From Deltaproteobacteria bacterium (GTDB lineage: Bacteria > Bdellovibrionota > JACOXK01): 64,000 nt of DNA. A model generated the notes under the pieces. That model was given only the letters and a program-made list of their open reading frames with translations, was not told where the DNA came from and did not search any database. The stretch covers positions 52,226-116,225 of the forward strand of contig JACPKQ010000007.1 of the NCBI GenBank assembly GCA_016186995.1, in the 5' to 3' direction. The translations under genes and the position numbers were made by a program. Of the stretch, positions 1-8,935 are shown piece by piece; position 1 is the stretch's first letter; each line of letters begins with the position of its first letter.

Positions 1-966
1 TTAATCCGTTGTTTCAATTTTTGTTTAGACGGCTGTAAACGTGTGGTTTCAAAGTGCTGAATACCTTGATATTCAATGGCAAGACCAAGATTCCTATTAT
101 ATAGGTCTAGTTCCATTCGATTACCTCTATCATTTACTAGCCAGCTTGGGCGTGTTTTTGGAAAGGATCTACCATACATTTTTTCTATATATCTTCTTAC
201 AATTGATTCAGATAGATGGTATTTGCATTGGGGACACCAGCTTTTTCTTATAACATCCCATGTTGTTGTCCAAGTATGTCCTATGCTACATTGCCACTTC
301 ATTTTTGTAGAAGAATCCCTGTATTTTTTAGATAGGCAGAAACCGCCTCTAGTTGCTGCTAATTCTTTTGCATTACTTATTGTAATGTGTTTTCCGGCAC
401 AAAATGGGCACCAAGAGCCTCGCTTGATGCTAGAAGGTCTTGCTTTCCATTTATGTCCTTTCTTGCATTTCCATAATAACTTTGCATGCACATTTTCATA
501 TTTTGACGATAAACAAAGACCACCACGCTTATGAGCAAGCTGCTTCATTTCTTCAATATTGGATTTTCGTCGGAATACATTTTTTTGAATAGCGCATTTT
601 GGACACCATGTTCCTTGTTTTACGGCGTTTGGTACAGCTTGCCAAATGTGTCCATTTTGACACTTCCATTTTAGTTTAGTTTGGCTATTTACATATCTCT
701 TAGCTAAACATTTTCCACCGCGTTTTTTTGCAAGCTGCTTCATTTCTTCAATAGAGCCACGTTGTTTAGATGCCCGCTTTTCGATTCCACAGCTTGGGCA
801 CCAAGTACCACTTTTTATACTATTATAGAGAGCGTTCCATTTGTGACCTTTTTCACACTGCCATTTCAATTTGGAGTGATTGTTAATATATTTCTTCGAA
901 AGACACTTTCCTCCCTTTTTCTTAGCGAGTTTCTGCACATCTTTAATTGAAAGCTTCTTACCCATG
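1..966 (-). CDS. Tandem zinc-ribbon repeat protein (DUF4379-like) with a C-terminal DUF559/Vsr-like endonuclease-like domain. Partial: the 3' end runs off the window.
   Basis: Minus-strand translation from ATG at 966-964 gives MGKKLSIKDVQKLAKKKGGKCLSKKYIN...KLKWQCEKGHKWNA...GTWCPSC. There are at least four repeats of the module GGxCLSxxY-x5-KLxWxCxxGHxW-x8-GxWCPxC. The C-terminal part, ELDLYNRNLGLAIEYQGIQH, resembles the DUF559/Vsr core. The start overlaps the upstream gene's stop as ATGGGTAA. This gene is absent from the supplied ORF track because it is edge-truncated. Confidence 0.6.
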
Positions 967-2445
967 ACTTTGTTTTATTTTTGGAAAGACAAGGTTATTT
1001 AAAACTTCAAATATCTTTAGCAATGCAAGTGTATCTAACTTGCAGTATTTTTTAAGATCCTGTTCTATTTTTTTAATTTTAGAAGAAGATAATTTTGTTT
1101 TTTGAACATTAAGATACGCAACGCTTGCTAGTGTGCCTTTATTTATATCAAGATCTTCATATGTAAGTTCAGGGCATAAAACGGGTAGAATGCTTTTTAA
1201 ACTAAGAGAGCCATAAAATTTAGGATCGTAATAAAATTTTTGAAAGACTTCTTCTAAGTCGATCATATTAGTTGCGATGTTGTTTATTTCGTCTTCAAAG
1301 GGAAGAAAGATTTTTGATAAGTTGTTAAGTATCATTTTTTCAAAACTGGCATGGTAAGCGATAACTGAGCCATTATCACCTATAGTATCTAACAAGTTTT
1401 GAATAAAAGCGGGCCTGGGATCTTTTTTATTTAAATCTAGAAAGTCTTTGTGGGTGATATTTCCTTCAGAATCTAAGATATGACAACTAAATTGAAATGG
1501 AAGTTGTTCATAGGGGTGTATGCCTTTAAAAAGTGGAATGGCTGGGTTTGCTGTTTCAAAATCAAGAAAATGAATGGGGTATTGAAGCTGGTTAATAAAG
1601 TTTTCAATTCCTTCTTTGTCGATATAAGGCTTATTTTCTTCAATGGTTTTCTTTTGGGCATACTGAAAGACATTGAGTTTATAATTTTCTGGAAGATCTT
1701 TTATTTTTAAAATACCTGATTTATACAGTTTAAACTTTTCTGTATTTTTTAAATGATAAAGTTCAAAGACTGAGTGCTCTGTTACATGTTGCCAACAGTG
1801 ACTTTTAAAAGGACATTCATAGGGCTCATTACAATAAGGACCAATATCAATATTAGGCGCAGTTTCTAGTTTCAATGTTTCAAATTGTCTTTTTAAATTA
1901 GATTCTATTCCAATTTGTTTTATTAGGACCTTGTCAGTTATGTCTTCTTTAATAAAAAAATTTGAGAGCTCTGGATAAGTACACTCTGTATTTACATGCA
2001 TAAGGAAGGTGTTTTCTATATTGATATTGTTGTTTTTAAGAACGTAATATTGAATAGCGACATCATCTATCAAATGATCTTCTACTTTAGTGGTTGATTT
2101 TACTTCTATAAGATTCCATCCCGTTTCGGTTTTTTCTAAAATATCAGCTTTAACAAGGATATCATTATATTCAAAAGTTGCTTCAAATATAGCTTGAGGT
2201 TCTTTTTCTAGGACTTTTTGCGTGAGTTCTATCTGTTTTTCTAATCCTCTTTCTTGTATGGTACATATATCGATACCGTCTTTAAAAAAGGTTTTAGCTA
2301 GATTGCCAACTTCATGGCCTTGTTGAAAAAGAAATTTTTCAGCCTCATCTAAGTTTTTCTTAAGTTTAGGTTGTTTGGTACCAAGGTAGAGTGCTTTTAA
2401 GCACTTTATTCCGGTTAAGTATCTTGATTTTGAAAGTTTAGCCAT
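958..2445 (-). CDS. DUF2779 family nuclease. The N-terminal half is a Cas4/RecB-like PD-(D/E)xK domain with a Cys cluster; the C-terminal half is a DnaQ-like DEDD exonuclease domain.
   Basis: The N-terminus KSRYLTGIKCLKALYL is typical of DUF2779. PD-(D/E)xK-like motif: DILVKADIL...IEVKS. Cys cluster: CNEPYECPFKSHCW. C-terminal motifs FLDFET and YHASFE match exonuclease motifs I and III. 495 aa. Confidence 0.6.
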   Translation of the reverse strand: MAKLSKSRYLTGIKCLKALYLGTKQPKLKKNLDEAEKFLFQQGHEVGNLAKTFFKDGIDICTIQERGLEKQIELTQKVLEKEPQAIFEATFEYNDILVKADILEKTETGWNLIEVKSTTKVEDHLIDDVAIQYYVLKNNNINIENTFLMHVNTECTYPELSNFFIKEDITDKVLIKQIGIESNLKRQFETLKLETAPNIDIGPYCNEPYECPFKSHCWQHVTEHSVFELYHLKNTEKFKLYKSGILKIKDLPENYKLNVFQYAQKKTIEENKPYIDKEGIENFINQLQYPIHFLDFETANPAIPLFKGIHPYEQLPFQFSCHILDSEGNITHKDFLDLNKKDPRPAFIQNLLDTIGDNGSVIAYHASFEKMILNNLSKIFLPFEDEINNIATNMIDLEEVFQKFYYDPKFYGSLSLKSILPVLCPELTYEDLDINKGTLASVAYLNVQKTKLSSSKIKKIEQDLKKYCKLDTLALLKIFEVLNNLVFPKIKQSHG

Positions 2446-2514
2446 AAGCTTTTTATCGGAATTCTTTTTAGAATCCTTAAGTCTATGTAACTATTATATT
2501 TTTTGATTTAATTG

Positions 2515-3021
2515 TTATAAAGCTTTTTCGGCTAGAGCAACAAGGTCAAGCTTTAGAAGGGATTCATATTTCTTAGGCAAAGCACTCATATTTTTTAGGT
2601 GTATGTTTTTGATATTACCTCGAATTACTTTCTGTAAATCAAAGCCCATGACAGACTTTTTAATTTCAAATAGAAGGTCATTTCCATTAAAAATATAAAA
2701 GTTGAGAGGTATTTTCTTTTCAACAAGTGTGTGAGGAAGGTTAAAGTTTTTTAGCTTTTTCTGAACTGCTTTTTCAAAGGAAGATATTACTTTCATAATA
2801 ATTGCAGTTGTTGAAACTGAAATTTCATATTTTCTAAGTTCCAGGGCCACAATAAACTCAAAAAGATTTTTTTGAGAGAACTTTCGCCATTGGCCCCGAC
2901 CTTGCGTTTGTTCAAATTCTGGAACGATGACGTTTTTTTCACAGAGGTGAATTAAAACATGCTGTGGCATGCCCAGTTTAATTTGAATTTCTTTAAGCGT
3001 TAGCTGTTCCATTATCGACAT
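2515..3021 (-). CDS. MerR-family HTH transcriptional regulator-like protein
   Basis: The N-terminus LTLKEIQIKLGMPQHVLIHLCEKNVIVPEFEQTQGRGQWRKFSQKNLFEF fits the MerR HTH plus its RxYS-like region. The C-terminal half has no recognisable domain. Confidence 0.4.
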   Translation of the reverse strand: MSIMEQLTLKEIQIKLGMPQHVLIHLCEKNVIVPEFEQTQGRGQWRKFSQKNLFEFIVALELRKYEISVSTTAIIMKVISSFEKAVQKKLKNFNLPHTLVEKKIPLNFYIFNGNDLLFEIKKSVMGFDLQKVIRGNIKNIHLKNMSALPKKYESLLKLDLVALAEKAL

Positions 3022-3068
3022 TGTCTATTAAAATTGATTCCAGGTCAATCTTAAGCTATGCTCAAATA

Positions 3069-3167
3069 ATGGCTCAAGTTAAAGGTATCCTTTTTGATCT
3101 CGACAACACGCTGATTGATTTTATGAAAATGAAGAGAATAACTTGTTTAGAGACTGCCTTTGCATGA
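3069..3167 (+). pseudogene. Fragment (32 codons) duplicating the N-terminus of the HAD hydrolase gene at 5589-6248
   Basis: Fragment: MAQVKGILFDLDNTLIDFMKMKRITCLETAFA*. Intact gene: MKKIKGILFDLDNTLIDFMKMKKMACSEAAAAM. DNA identity is about 75%, with many synonymous changes. The fragment terminates prematurely at TGA. Confidence 0.6.
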
Positions 3168-3446
3168 CTGCAAAACTACAAAATACAGTGTGGCTATAGC
3201 GACAAGTAGTGTAAAAATGTCAATACTTAGTGACCACTTAAACTTCTTAGAATCTCTTTCAGCTTTTAGCTTCATCTCCTTCATTATTTCGTTATGCATC
3301 TCCCGTGAATTTGACATAACTGTAGGATAGCAATGCTAAGATTAGCGTGCAAGACTCAAATGTAGCTCTAATAAATGTATATCTAATTTTATAGATATAC
3401 TATTGTATTGCTATAGTAATTATGATAAAAATGATATCTTGTTAGC

Positions 3447-4256
3447 ATGAAGGAAACGTTTTATAAAAAGGAAATTAAAGTTCATGGCAATGTATATCCT
3501 TCCATTCGACAAGCAGCGCTATATTTTCATCTGAAACCACAACTTGTATGGGCTAGATTGAAGAGAGGAAAATCTATAGACGAAGCATTTTCAAAAGTTT
3601 ACCTCAAGCGTATCGGTAAAGGAAAGCCCTTTTCTATAGAAGGGAATCATTTTGATTCAATTGCGGAAGCGGCAAGGTTTTATGATATAAATGAAAGCAC
3701 AGTTCGACACCGGCTAAAATCTGGATGGTCAAGAAAGCAAGCGTTTGGAATTGTAGGCCGGCCTCGAAAAGACCGCATAAAGATCAAGGTAAATAATATA
3801 GAATATTCTTCACTCACTGAAGCAGCACGCGCTCATAATTTAGCTCCTTCAATTGTTTGGCAAAGACGTCGACGAGGGTGTTCTATAGAAGAATTGTTCT
3901 CAAAAGATTGCTTGCCGTTGAAAGGCAAAAGTCGAACAATTGTCGTACAAGACAAAACATATCCTTCAGCAAAAATCGCAGCTGTAAAGTTTGGTGTTCA
4001 TTATAGCAAAGTACGTTGGCGTCTTAAGAATGGTTGGTCGCCAGAGCAAGCTTGTGGCATTGAGGAACGACCAGTTAAGCAGCGGAGACCTGTTTCATTC
4101 AGAGGTAAACAACATGAATCAATGTCTACTTTTGCACGGTATTACGAAAAAGATCCAAGATTAATTGGTGCGCGGTTAAGACGCGGATTGAGTATTGAGG
4201 AAGCGCTTGATATTAAAGAAAGGAATTATCGATCTAAGCCAATTACCTGTTTATAG
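3447..4256 (+). CDS. Protein made of five tandem NUMOD-like HTH DNA-binding repeats (nuclease-associated modular DNA-binding domain), with no nuclease domain
   Basis: Five roughly 45-aa repeats with the pattern (V/I)xGxxYxSxxxAAxxxxxxxxxVxxRLxxGWSxExA, for example IEGNHFDSIAEAARFYDINESTVRHRLKSGWSRKQAFG. ATG start. The 3' end overlaps the next ORF in another frame. Confidence 0.55.
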   Translation: MKETFYKKEIKVHGNVYPSIRQAALYFHLKPQLVWARLKRGKSIDEAFSKVYLKRIGKGKPFSIEGNHFDSIAEAARFYDINESTVRHRLKSGWSRKQAFGIVGRPRKDRIKIKVNNIEYSSLTEAARAHNLAPSIVWQRRRRGCSIEELFSKDCLPLKGKSRTIVVQDKTYPSAKIAAVKFGVHYSKVRWRLKNGWSPEQACGIEERPVKQRRPVSFRGKQHESMSTFARYYEKDPRLIGARLRRGLSIEEALDIKERNYRSKPITCL

Positions 4257-4980
4257 TGTGACCAATACAAAAGCCGGTAAGCAATATGTTGGCGAGTCCT
4301 CATGTACACTTGAAAAGCGTAGGCAATGGCACATGAAGCAAGTTTACGGTGAAAAGAGACCTGCTGAAGGTAGTTTGCAGGAGGCGATTAAAAGAGATGA
4401 ACCTGAGTATTTTAAATGGAAAGTGCTTGCACGCTGTAGGTCGATAGATCAAGCTAACAGACTCGAACGAAAATTTATCAGAGAGTTTAATACTTCATAC
4501 CCACATGGTTACAATCTTCGGCGAGGTGGGACAGGCATTTCAAAAAAAGGTAAAAAAATATTGGTGAATGGGAAGCCTTTTGACTCTTACAGAGCTGCAG
4601 CTGATGCCCATGGTGTAAATATTGGAACATTTCAGGATAGGTTGTACGCGGGGTATTCACCCGAACAGGCTGCTGGTTTGATTCCGCTTGATAAAGTGCA
4701 TCCAAAATCACGTAAAATTAAAATAGATAATATAGAATATCCAACAATAAAAGATGCTGCTAAAGCTGCTGGTCAGCCTGCAAATAGAGTGAGAAATAGA
4801 ATTCACTCTGGCTGGTCTGTAGAAAAGGCGCTTAAAACACCATTTTCGAGAAGAGATACTCCTGTGAAAATTGATGGTACCACTTATTCATCAATGGGGG
4901 TTGCTGCAAGGAAATTAGGTATTAATTATGACACATTGAGATACAGGCTGAAAAAGCAAAGGAAGAACATGTATGTTTAA
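4195..4980 (+). CDS. GIY-YIG family homing-endonuclease-like protein with three C-terminal NUMOD-like repeats. Either it starts on TTG or it is the frameshifted continuation of 3447-4256.
   Basis: PVYSVTNTKAGKQYVGES...LEKRRQWH...FNTSYPHGYNLRRGG matches the GIY-x10-YIG motif, the conserved Arg and the catalytic Glu region. It is followed by VNGKPFDSYRAAADAHGVNIGTFQDRLYAGYSPEQAAG-type repeats. There is no in-frame ATG upstream of the GIY motif. Confidence 0.6.
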   Translation: MRKRLILKKGIIDLSQLPVYSVTNTKAGKQYVGESSCTLEKRRQWHMKQVYGEKRPAEGSLQEAIKRDEPEYFKWKVLARCRSIDQANRLERKFIREFNTSYPHGYNLRRGGTGISKKGKKILVNGKPFDSYRAAADAHGVNIGTFQDRLYAGYSPEQAAGLIPLDKVHPKSRKIKIDNIEYPTIKDAAKAAGQPANRVRNRIHSGWSVEKALKTPFSRRDTPVKIDGTTYSSMGVAARKLGINYDTLRYRLKKQRKNMYV

Positions 4981-5067
4981 AATTAAAGATATTCTTTTCT
5001 TACAAAATAGAGTGGTTAGACATTTCGATGCAAAAATTAGAATGTCAGTAAATTGTGGAGATAAATC

Positions 5068-5592
5068 TTGAGTATTAAGATTGTTCCCTTGATAGAGGCA
5101 ATTCCAAATTCTGGATACGATTCCAATAAACGACGGTCTAGTTTATTAGCACATGCTGGCGTTGCTTATCTCGAGGCATATGAAGCTATGAGCAATCTAC
5201 CTGAAAAGGGATTTGCTGTTCATTTCGTTGAGCTACCTTTATTGCACATGACTTTGGAACTTTTGATAAAAGCGTATGTGTCGTGGATTGATGATAGTTT
5301 TGATCCAAAAAAAAGGGCATACAGACATTGTACAAAAAAAATTATTGAAGATTATGCGGATAAAATAAATGAATTCTCTTTGATAAAGAATAATCCTGAG
5401 AAAATTGCTCTCATTGAACAGCTAGAAAAAGCATGGAGATACTTGAGATATGGGGAAAGCACCCTTACGTGTGAAAGAAAAGATTTACATATGGCAAAAG
5501 ATTTAGCAATCGAACTTGCAGAAGCTTATCATAAAGCCACTGGTCTTCGCTTTTTTAGCCATCATTTTTCGCAAAAAGGAGCAAAAAGGTGA
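5068..5592 (+). CDS. Hypothetical all-helical protein; possibly HEPN-like (tentative)
   Basis: 174-aa ORF with a TTG start. The R-x3-H stretch (RKDLH) and the helical composition only loosely suggest HEPN. It sits between the GIY-YIG gene and the HAD gene. Confidence 0.3.
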   Translation: MSIKIVPLIEAIPNSGYDSNKRRSSLLAHAGVAYLEAYEAMSNLPEKGFAVHFVELPLLHMTLELLIKAYVSWIDDSFDPKKRAYRHCTKKIIEDYADKINEFSLIKNNPEKIALIEQLEKAWRYLRYGESTLTCERKDLHMAKDLAIELAEAYHKATGLRFFSHHFSQKGAKR

Positions 5593-6248
5593 AAAAAATA
5601 AAAGGTATACTCTTTGATTTGGATAATACACTCATAGATTTCATGAAAATGAAGAAAATGGCTTGTTCTGAGGCTGCAGCAGCCATGCTTGGTGCAGGGC
5701 TAAAAATAAAAGCAGAGAACTTGGCAGATGATCTTTTTAAATATTATTTAAATTATGGTATTGAGGGTGATTATCCTTTCACTGACTTTTTAAAAGAGCA
5801 TAATGCCTATAAAGATGAAATTCTGGCAGCAGCAATCAATGCTTATAATCGGGTGAAATCAGCTTTTCTAGAACCCTATCCAGGGGTGATTCCAACGTTC
5901 ATTAAGTTAATTAAAAAAGGAATAAAGCTTGGTATTGTGACAGATGCCCCTTCTTTAAAAGCTCACAGAAGAATTGACTCTATGAAGCTTCACGGATTTT
6001 TCGATGTCGTTGTTACTGAAGCAAATAAACCTGATCCGAAAGGTTTTTTGGAGGCTGTGAAGAAATTGAATCTGGAGCCAAAAGAAGTCATGATGCTCGG
6101 TGATTGGCCTGAGAAAGACATAGTTGGGGCTAAAAACGCAGGACTCATCACTTGTTTTGCAAAGTATGGGCAAATGGAAAATGTTAAAGAGAAAGTTGAA
6201 GCTGACTATGTGATTCAACGAATTGAGGAGGTTAATCAAATTTTATGA
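5589..6248 (+). CDS. HAD-superfamily hydrolase (subfamily IA; phosphatase or pyrophosphatase-like)
   Basis: Motif I DxDxT in ILFDLDNTLIDF. Motif III is K within VTEANKPDPKGF. Motif IV is GD in MLGDWPEKDIVGAKNAG. GTG start. Confidence 0.75.
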   Translation: MKKIKGILFDLDNTLIDFMKMKKMACSEAAAAMLGAGLKIKAENLADDLFKYYLNYGIEGDYPFTDFLKEHNAYKDEILAAAINAYNRVKSAFLEPYPGVIPTFIKLIKKGIKLGIVTDAPSLKAHRRIDSMKLHGFFDVVVTEANKPDPKGFLEAVKKLNLEPKEVMMLGDWPEKDIVGAKNAGLITCFAKYGQMENVKEKVEADYVIQRIEEVNQIL

Positions 6249-6766
6249 GTCAAGGATATAATAATACTGAAGAAAGAAAATTTCAATTTGCTAAAGATTA
6301 TTGGCAGGCAAATACACAATCGCAAAGAAATTATTTGGGATGGTTGATATCGATAAATGGAGGATTATGGGCTGCGCTTTATGCGATATCAAAGTCTTCA
6401 GATTATAGCGTAGAGTTTTGGGGTGGTTTAACAATGCTTGCCCTTATTTTAGTCAATCTTATTATATCGCTTCATTATACCAGACAGCACTATTTAAATG
6501 AGCTACTTTTTGACAAGATTTTATCCAAGTATAAATCAATAGAGGAAAACGAAGACAAATGGAAAGGTTGGGGATGGATTTTGACTCGATTAGTCTTATC
6601 ATTGATGGGAGCCATATCGATCATTTATGGAGTTAATTTTTTTTGTAAAGATTCATTGAATGTCTGTGTTTATGTTCTTGGAGTATTTATTGTAGTAATC
6701 GTTTGGTATTTTGCTCTGACACTACTTGGAAAAGCTAATAAGCCAATGGATCCTGATAAGAAATAA
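6245..6766 (+). CDS. Hypothetical integral membrane protein (about 4 TM segments)
   Basis: Hydrophobic segments such as GWLISINGGLWAALYAI, LTMLALILVNLIISL and VLGVFIVVIVWYFALTLL. No conserved motifs. Confidence 0.4.
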   Translation: MSQGYNNTEERKFQFAKDYWQANTQSQRNYLGWLISINGGLWAALYAISKSSDYSVEFWGGLTMLALILVNLIISLHYTRQHYLNELLFDKILSKYKSIEENEDKWKGWGWILTRLVLSLMGAISIIYGVNFFCKDSLNVCVYVLGVFIVVIVWYFALTLLGKANKPMDPDKK

Positions 6767-6822
6767 ATTTTTTAATTATCTTTTATACACAGGAAAATAT
6801 TTAAAAAAGTAGGAAGCCGAGA

Positions 6823-7530
6823 ATGAGTGATGTAACTTTTAAATACAAAGGTAAGACATATACAGAAGCAAAGAATGCTGAATCAAGCAAAGATTCTGAG
6901 CGATATAAGTGCTTTGATTCCATTATTCAACTGACAGATGACGAAGGCAGTACCCTTTCCGGTCTGTTTCATGACAAAGATTTGGAGGTCATTCAGCTTG
7001 GCCTTGTAGCTGGAGAATTTAAGCCTAAACTTTTATCGACTTTAAAAGTTACTCAAATGGTGACTTTCTTGCTTTATAGGTTCAATGTTTTTGACCTTCA
7101 GATGGGAATTGGGATTCTATATGCTAAAGCTTACAAAAAAGGAAATGCATCTTTTTATATGCCGAATGAATTGTTAAAAATGCTCAATGAACCTAAACTT
7201 TCTATTTTTAAAAAAAGAAAAGATAAATGTGGAACGCATGTTTCTGTGCCTGATAGAATTAATATGCTTAAGGAAAATAAAATCTGCCAAGATGATTCCC
7301 TTCTTAAATCTGTAAGGGCATTTGGTCATTTGAGAAATGTCTTAGTACATCCATTGTTTAAACAGCGAGAACCAATAACGGCTCTAAAAGAATTAGGATA
7401 TGATATCATTTTGATGAATATTTATGAAAAAGACATGCGCTCGATTGAGCAAGTAGGAAAACTTATTTTAGAAAGTTGGTATTGTATAAATCAGATAAAG
7501 CATTATGTTTGTGACTTGGTTAAAAATTAG
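6823..7530 (+). CDS. Hypothetical protein
   Basis: 235-aa ORF with RBS GGAAGCCGAGA upstream. No recognisable motif. Confidence 0.35.
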   Translation: MSDVTFKYKGKTYTEAKNAESSKDSERYKCFDSIIQLTDDEGSTLSGLFHDKDLEVIQLGLVAGEFKPKLLSTLKVTQMVTFLLYRFNVFDLQMGIGILYAKAYKKGNASFYMPNELLKMLNEPKLSIFKKRKDKCGTHVSVPDRINMLKENKICQDDSLLKSVRAFGHLRNVLVHPLFKQREPITALKELGYDIILMNIYEKDMRSIEQVGKLILESWYCINQIKHYVCDLVKN

Positions 7531-7726
7531 GGTAAGAAGTTTTTGAAAAAATTGCCTTTTTGACGGTTTTTTCATCAACCCCAAGAGCCTTTCCGATTTG
7601 ATAATAATTCATCCCTAATTTAAAAAGTTGTTTGGCTTTTGGGCTGATTTTTTGATAAAGAAAGAGTTCTTCTGTAAATATTGGGAAATCAAGGTCAATT
7701 TCAGAGATGGTGCGAATTGGTGGCAA
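7520..7726 (-). CDS. Small HTH-domain protein, possibly a transposase or resolvase HTH remnant
   Basis: NYYQIGKALGVDEKTVKKAI is a classic HTH. Only 68 aa. Confidence 0.3.
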   Translation of the reverse strand: MPPIRTISEIDLDFPIFTEELFLYQKISPKAKQLFKLGMNYYQIGKALGVDEKTVKKAIFSKTSYPNF

Positions 7727-7760
7727 ACGTGTCCACCAACTTCTATATTTTTTGTTATTA

Positions 7761-8228
7761 TTATTTATTTTCTTTTAAAACTTTTTTAAGATCCTTTAAA
7801 GTATCTCCAATATTCATATGGTCGGAAGGTAAAATTCCTTTTGCCTGATAATAAGCTTTTGAAAAAGTGTCTCCCATTGATCTAATAAGAGTTTCCACAA
7901 ATGGCTCACTATGGGGCATGTGTTGAACAAGTATTTTGTTAATGTCAATTTGAATTCCCTGTCCCTCACTAAAAACTTTTACAAGGGAGTCTTTGTTGTT
8001 TCCGTATTTGCACGTTAACCCATGCTTAAACTCTTCTTGAATAAATTTATAATCTTCTTTTTTTGACATTTCATTAAAAAGCCTAGCTCGTTCCAACTGC
8101 TTCCATATTTCAAAACGTAACTCATCACTGAATTTTTTAAGTTCACTTGCTTTTTGAAAAGGGAGCCCAGCTAATTTATCTCTTGTAGCTGAATTGTTTG
8201 CGTGGTTTTTTTTATTATTTTCTTGCAT
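7761..8228 (-). CDS. Hypothetical protein
   Basis: 155-aa ORF, charged, with no signal peptide. Confidence 0.35.
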   Translation of the reverse strand: MQENNKKNHANNSATRDKLAGLPFQKASELKKFSDELRFEIWKQLERARLFNEMSKKEDYKFIQEEFKHGLTCKYGNNKDSLVKVFSEGQGIQIDINKILVQHMPHSEPFVETLIRSMGDTFSKAYYQAKGILPSDHMNIGDTLKDLKKVLKENK

Positions 8229-8295
8229 ATAATGTATTAAAGATACTGGAAAATATTAAAAGTTTCAATATATTACGTCATGTCTTTACGAAAAC

Positions 8296-8385
8296 CTACA
8301 TAAAACTACATAAATATTTATTTAATATTTGAAAAATACATAAAAATATTATAAATATATAAAAATAACTAATATCTACATAAAA
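8296..8385. promoter_or_regulatory. Four direct copies of (C)TACATAAA in the divergent promoter region upstream of the response regulator gene
   Basis: ctacataaaa and ctacataaat are tandem at 8296-8314. tacataaaaa is at 8337-8346 and ctacataaaa at 8376-8385. Confidence 0.35.
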
Positions 8386-8423
8386 TAGAAAAAAATCTCA
8401 TTTGATTTTAAAAAAGGAGCACA

Positions 8424-8834
8424 ATGGAAGAGAAAATATCAGTTTTAGTTATTGATGATGACGACCTCTTTCGTCGAATGATGTTTAACTTTCTAAGTAA
8501 AAAGAAATTTGATGTTAATGAGTGTAAAAGCGGAAAAGAAGCAGTTAAGTGTGTGAAAGAAAGACATTTCGACATTATATTTTGTGATATGGCCATGCCT
8601 GAAATGAATGGAATCAAGACGGTAAAAGCACTTAAAAAAATTGATCCAGAAGCTAAAATAATCATAATGACAGGTTATGCAGATGAAGATGATTGGCGTG
8701 AAATCCAAAAATCAGGAGCCTGTGCGGGACTTCTTAAATCAGTTAAAATGGACAATATTTGTTTAATCATTGAAAAATCAATAGAATTGACCATTCCAGA
8801 ATTTGAAAAATGGATTCAAGAGACTCACAATTGA
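8424..8834 (+). CDS. Single-domain response regulator (CheY-like receiver)
   Basis: VLVIDDDDLFRRMMFNFL...DIIFCDMAMPEMNGI...KIIIMTGYAD carries the phospho-acceptor Asp, the T and K regions. RBS AAGGAG. No output domain. Confidence 0.85.
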   Translation: MEEKISVLVIDDDDLFRRMMFNFLSKKKFDVNECKSGKEAVKCVKERHFDIIFCDMAMPEMNGIKTVKALKKIDPEAKIIIMTGYADEDDWREIQKSGACAGLLKSVKMDNICLIIEKSIELTIPEFEKWIQETHN

Positions 8835-8935
8835 AGGAATAGAATATCTTTTCATTTGATCTCGGATTGATGATTGAGGGGTTTTCTATTGCACAATTCA
8901 AAAAATAAACTGTTTCTTCCGATAATGAAGAAGCG

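Noticed and set aside
76-950. Plus-strand ORFs 41-253, 76-534 and 762-950 at the left edge
   Set aside because: They are shadow ORFs opposite a minus-strand gene with strong repeated zinc-ribbon motifs and a coupled start. They have no RBS or motif of their own.
3191-3320. Possible small (about 45-aa) minus-strand membrane peptide MSNSREMHNEIMKEMKLK...
   Set aside because: It falls below the 60-aa ORF threshold, has no RBS or conservation evidence, and sits in junk-like DNA next to the HAD fragment.
8296-8385. CRISPR array
   Set aside because: The repeats are only 9-10 bp and A/T-only, with irregular spacing and no cas genes.
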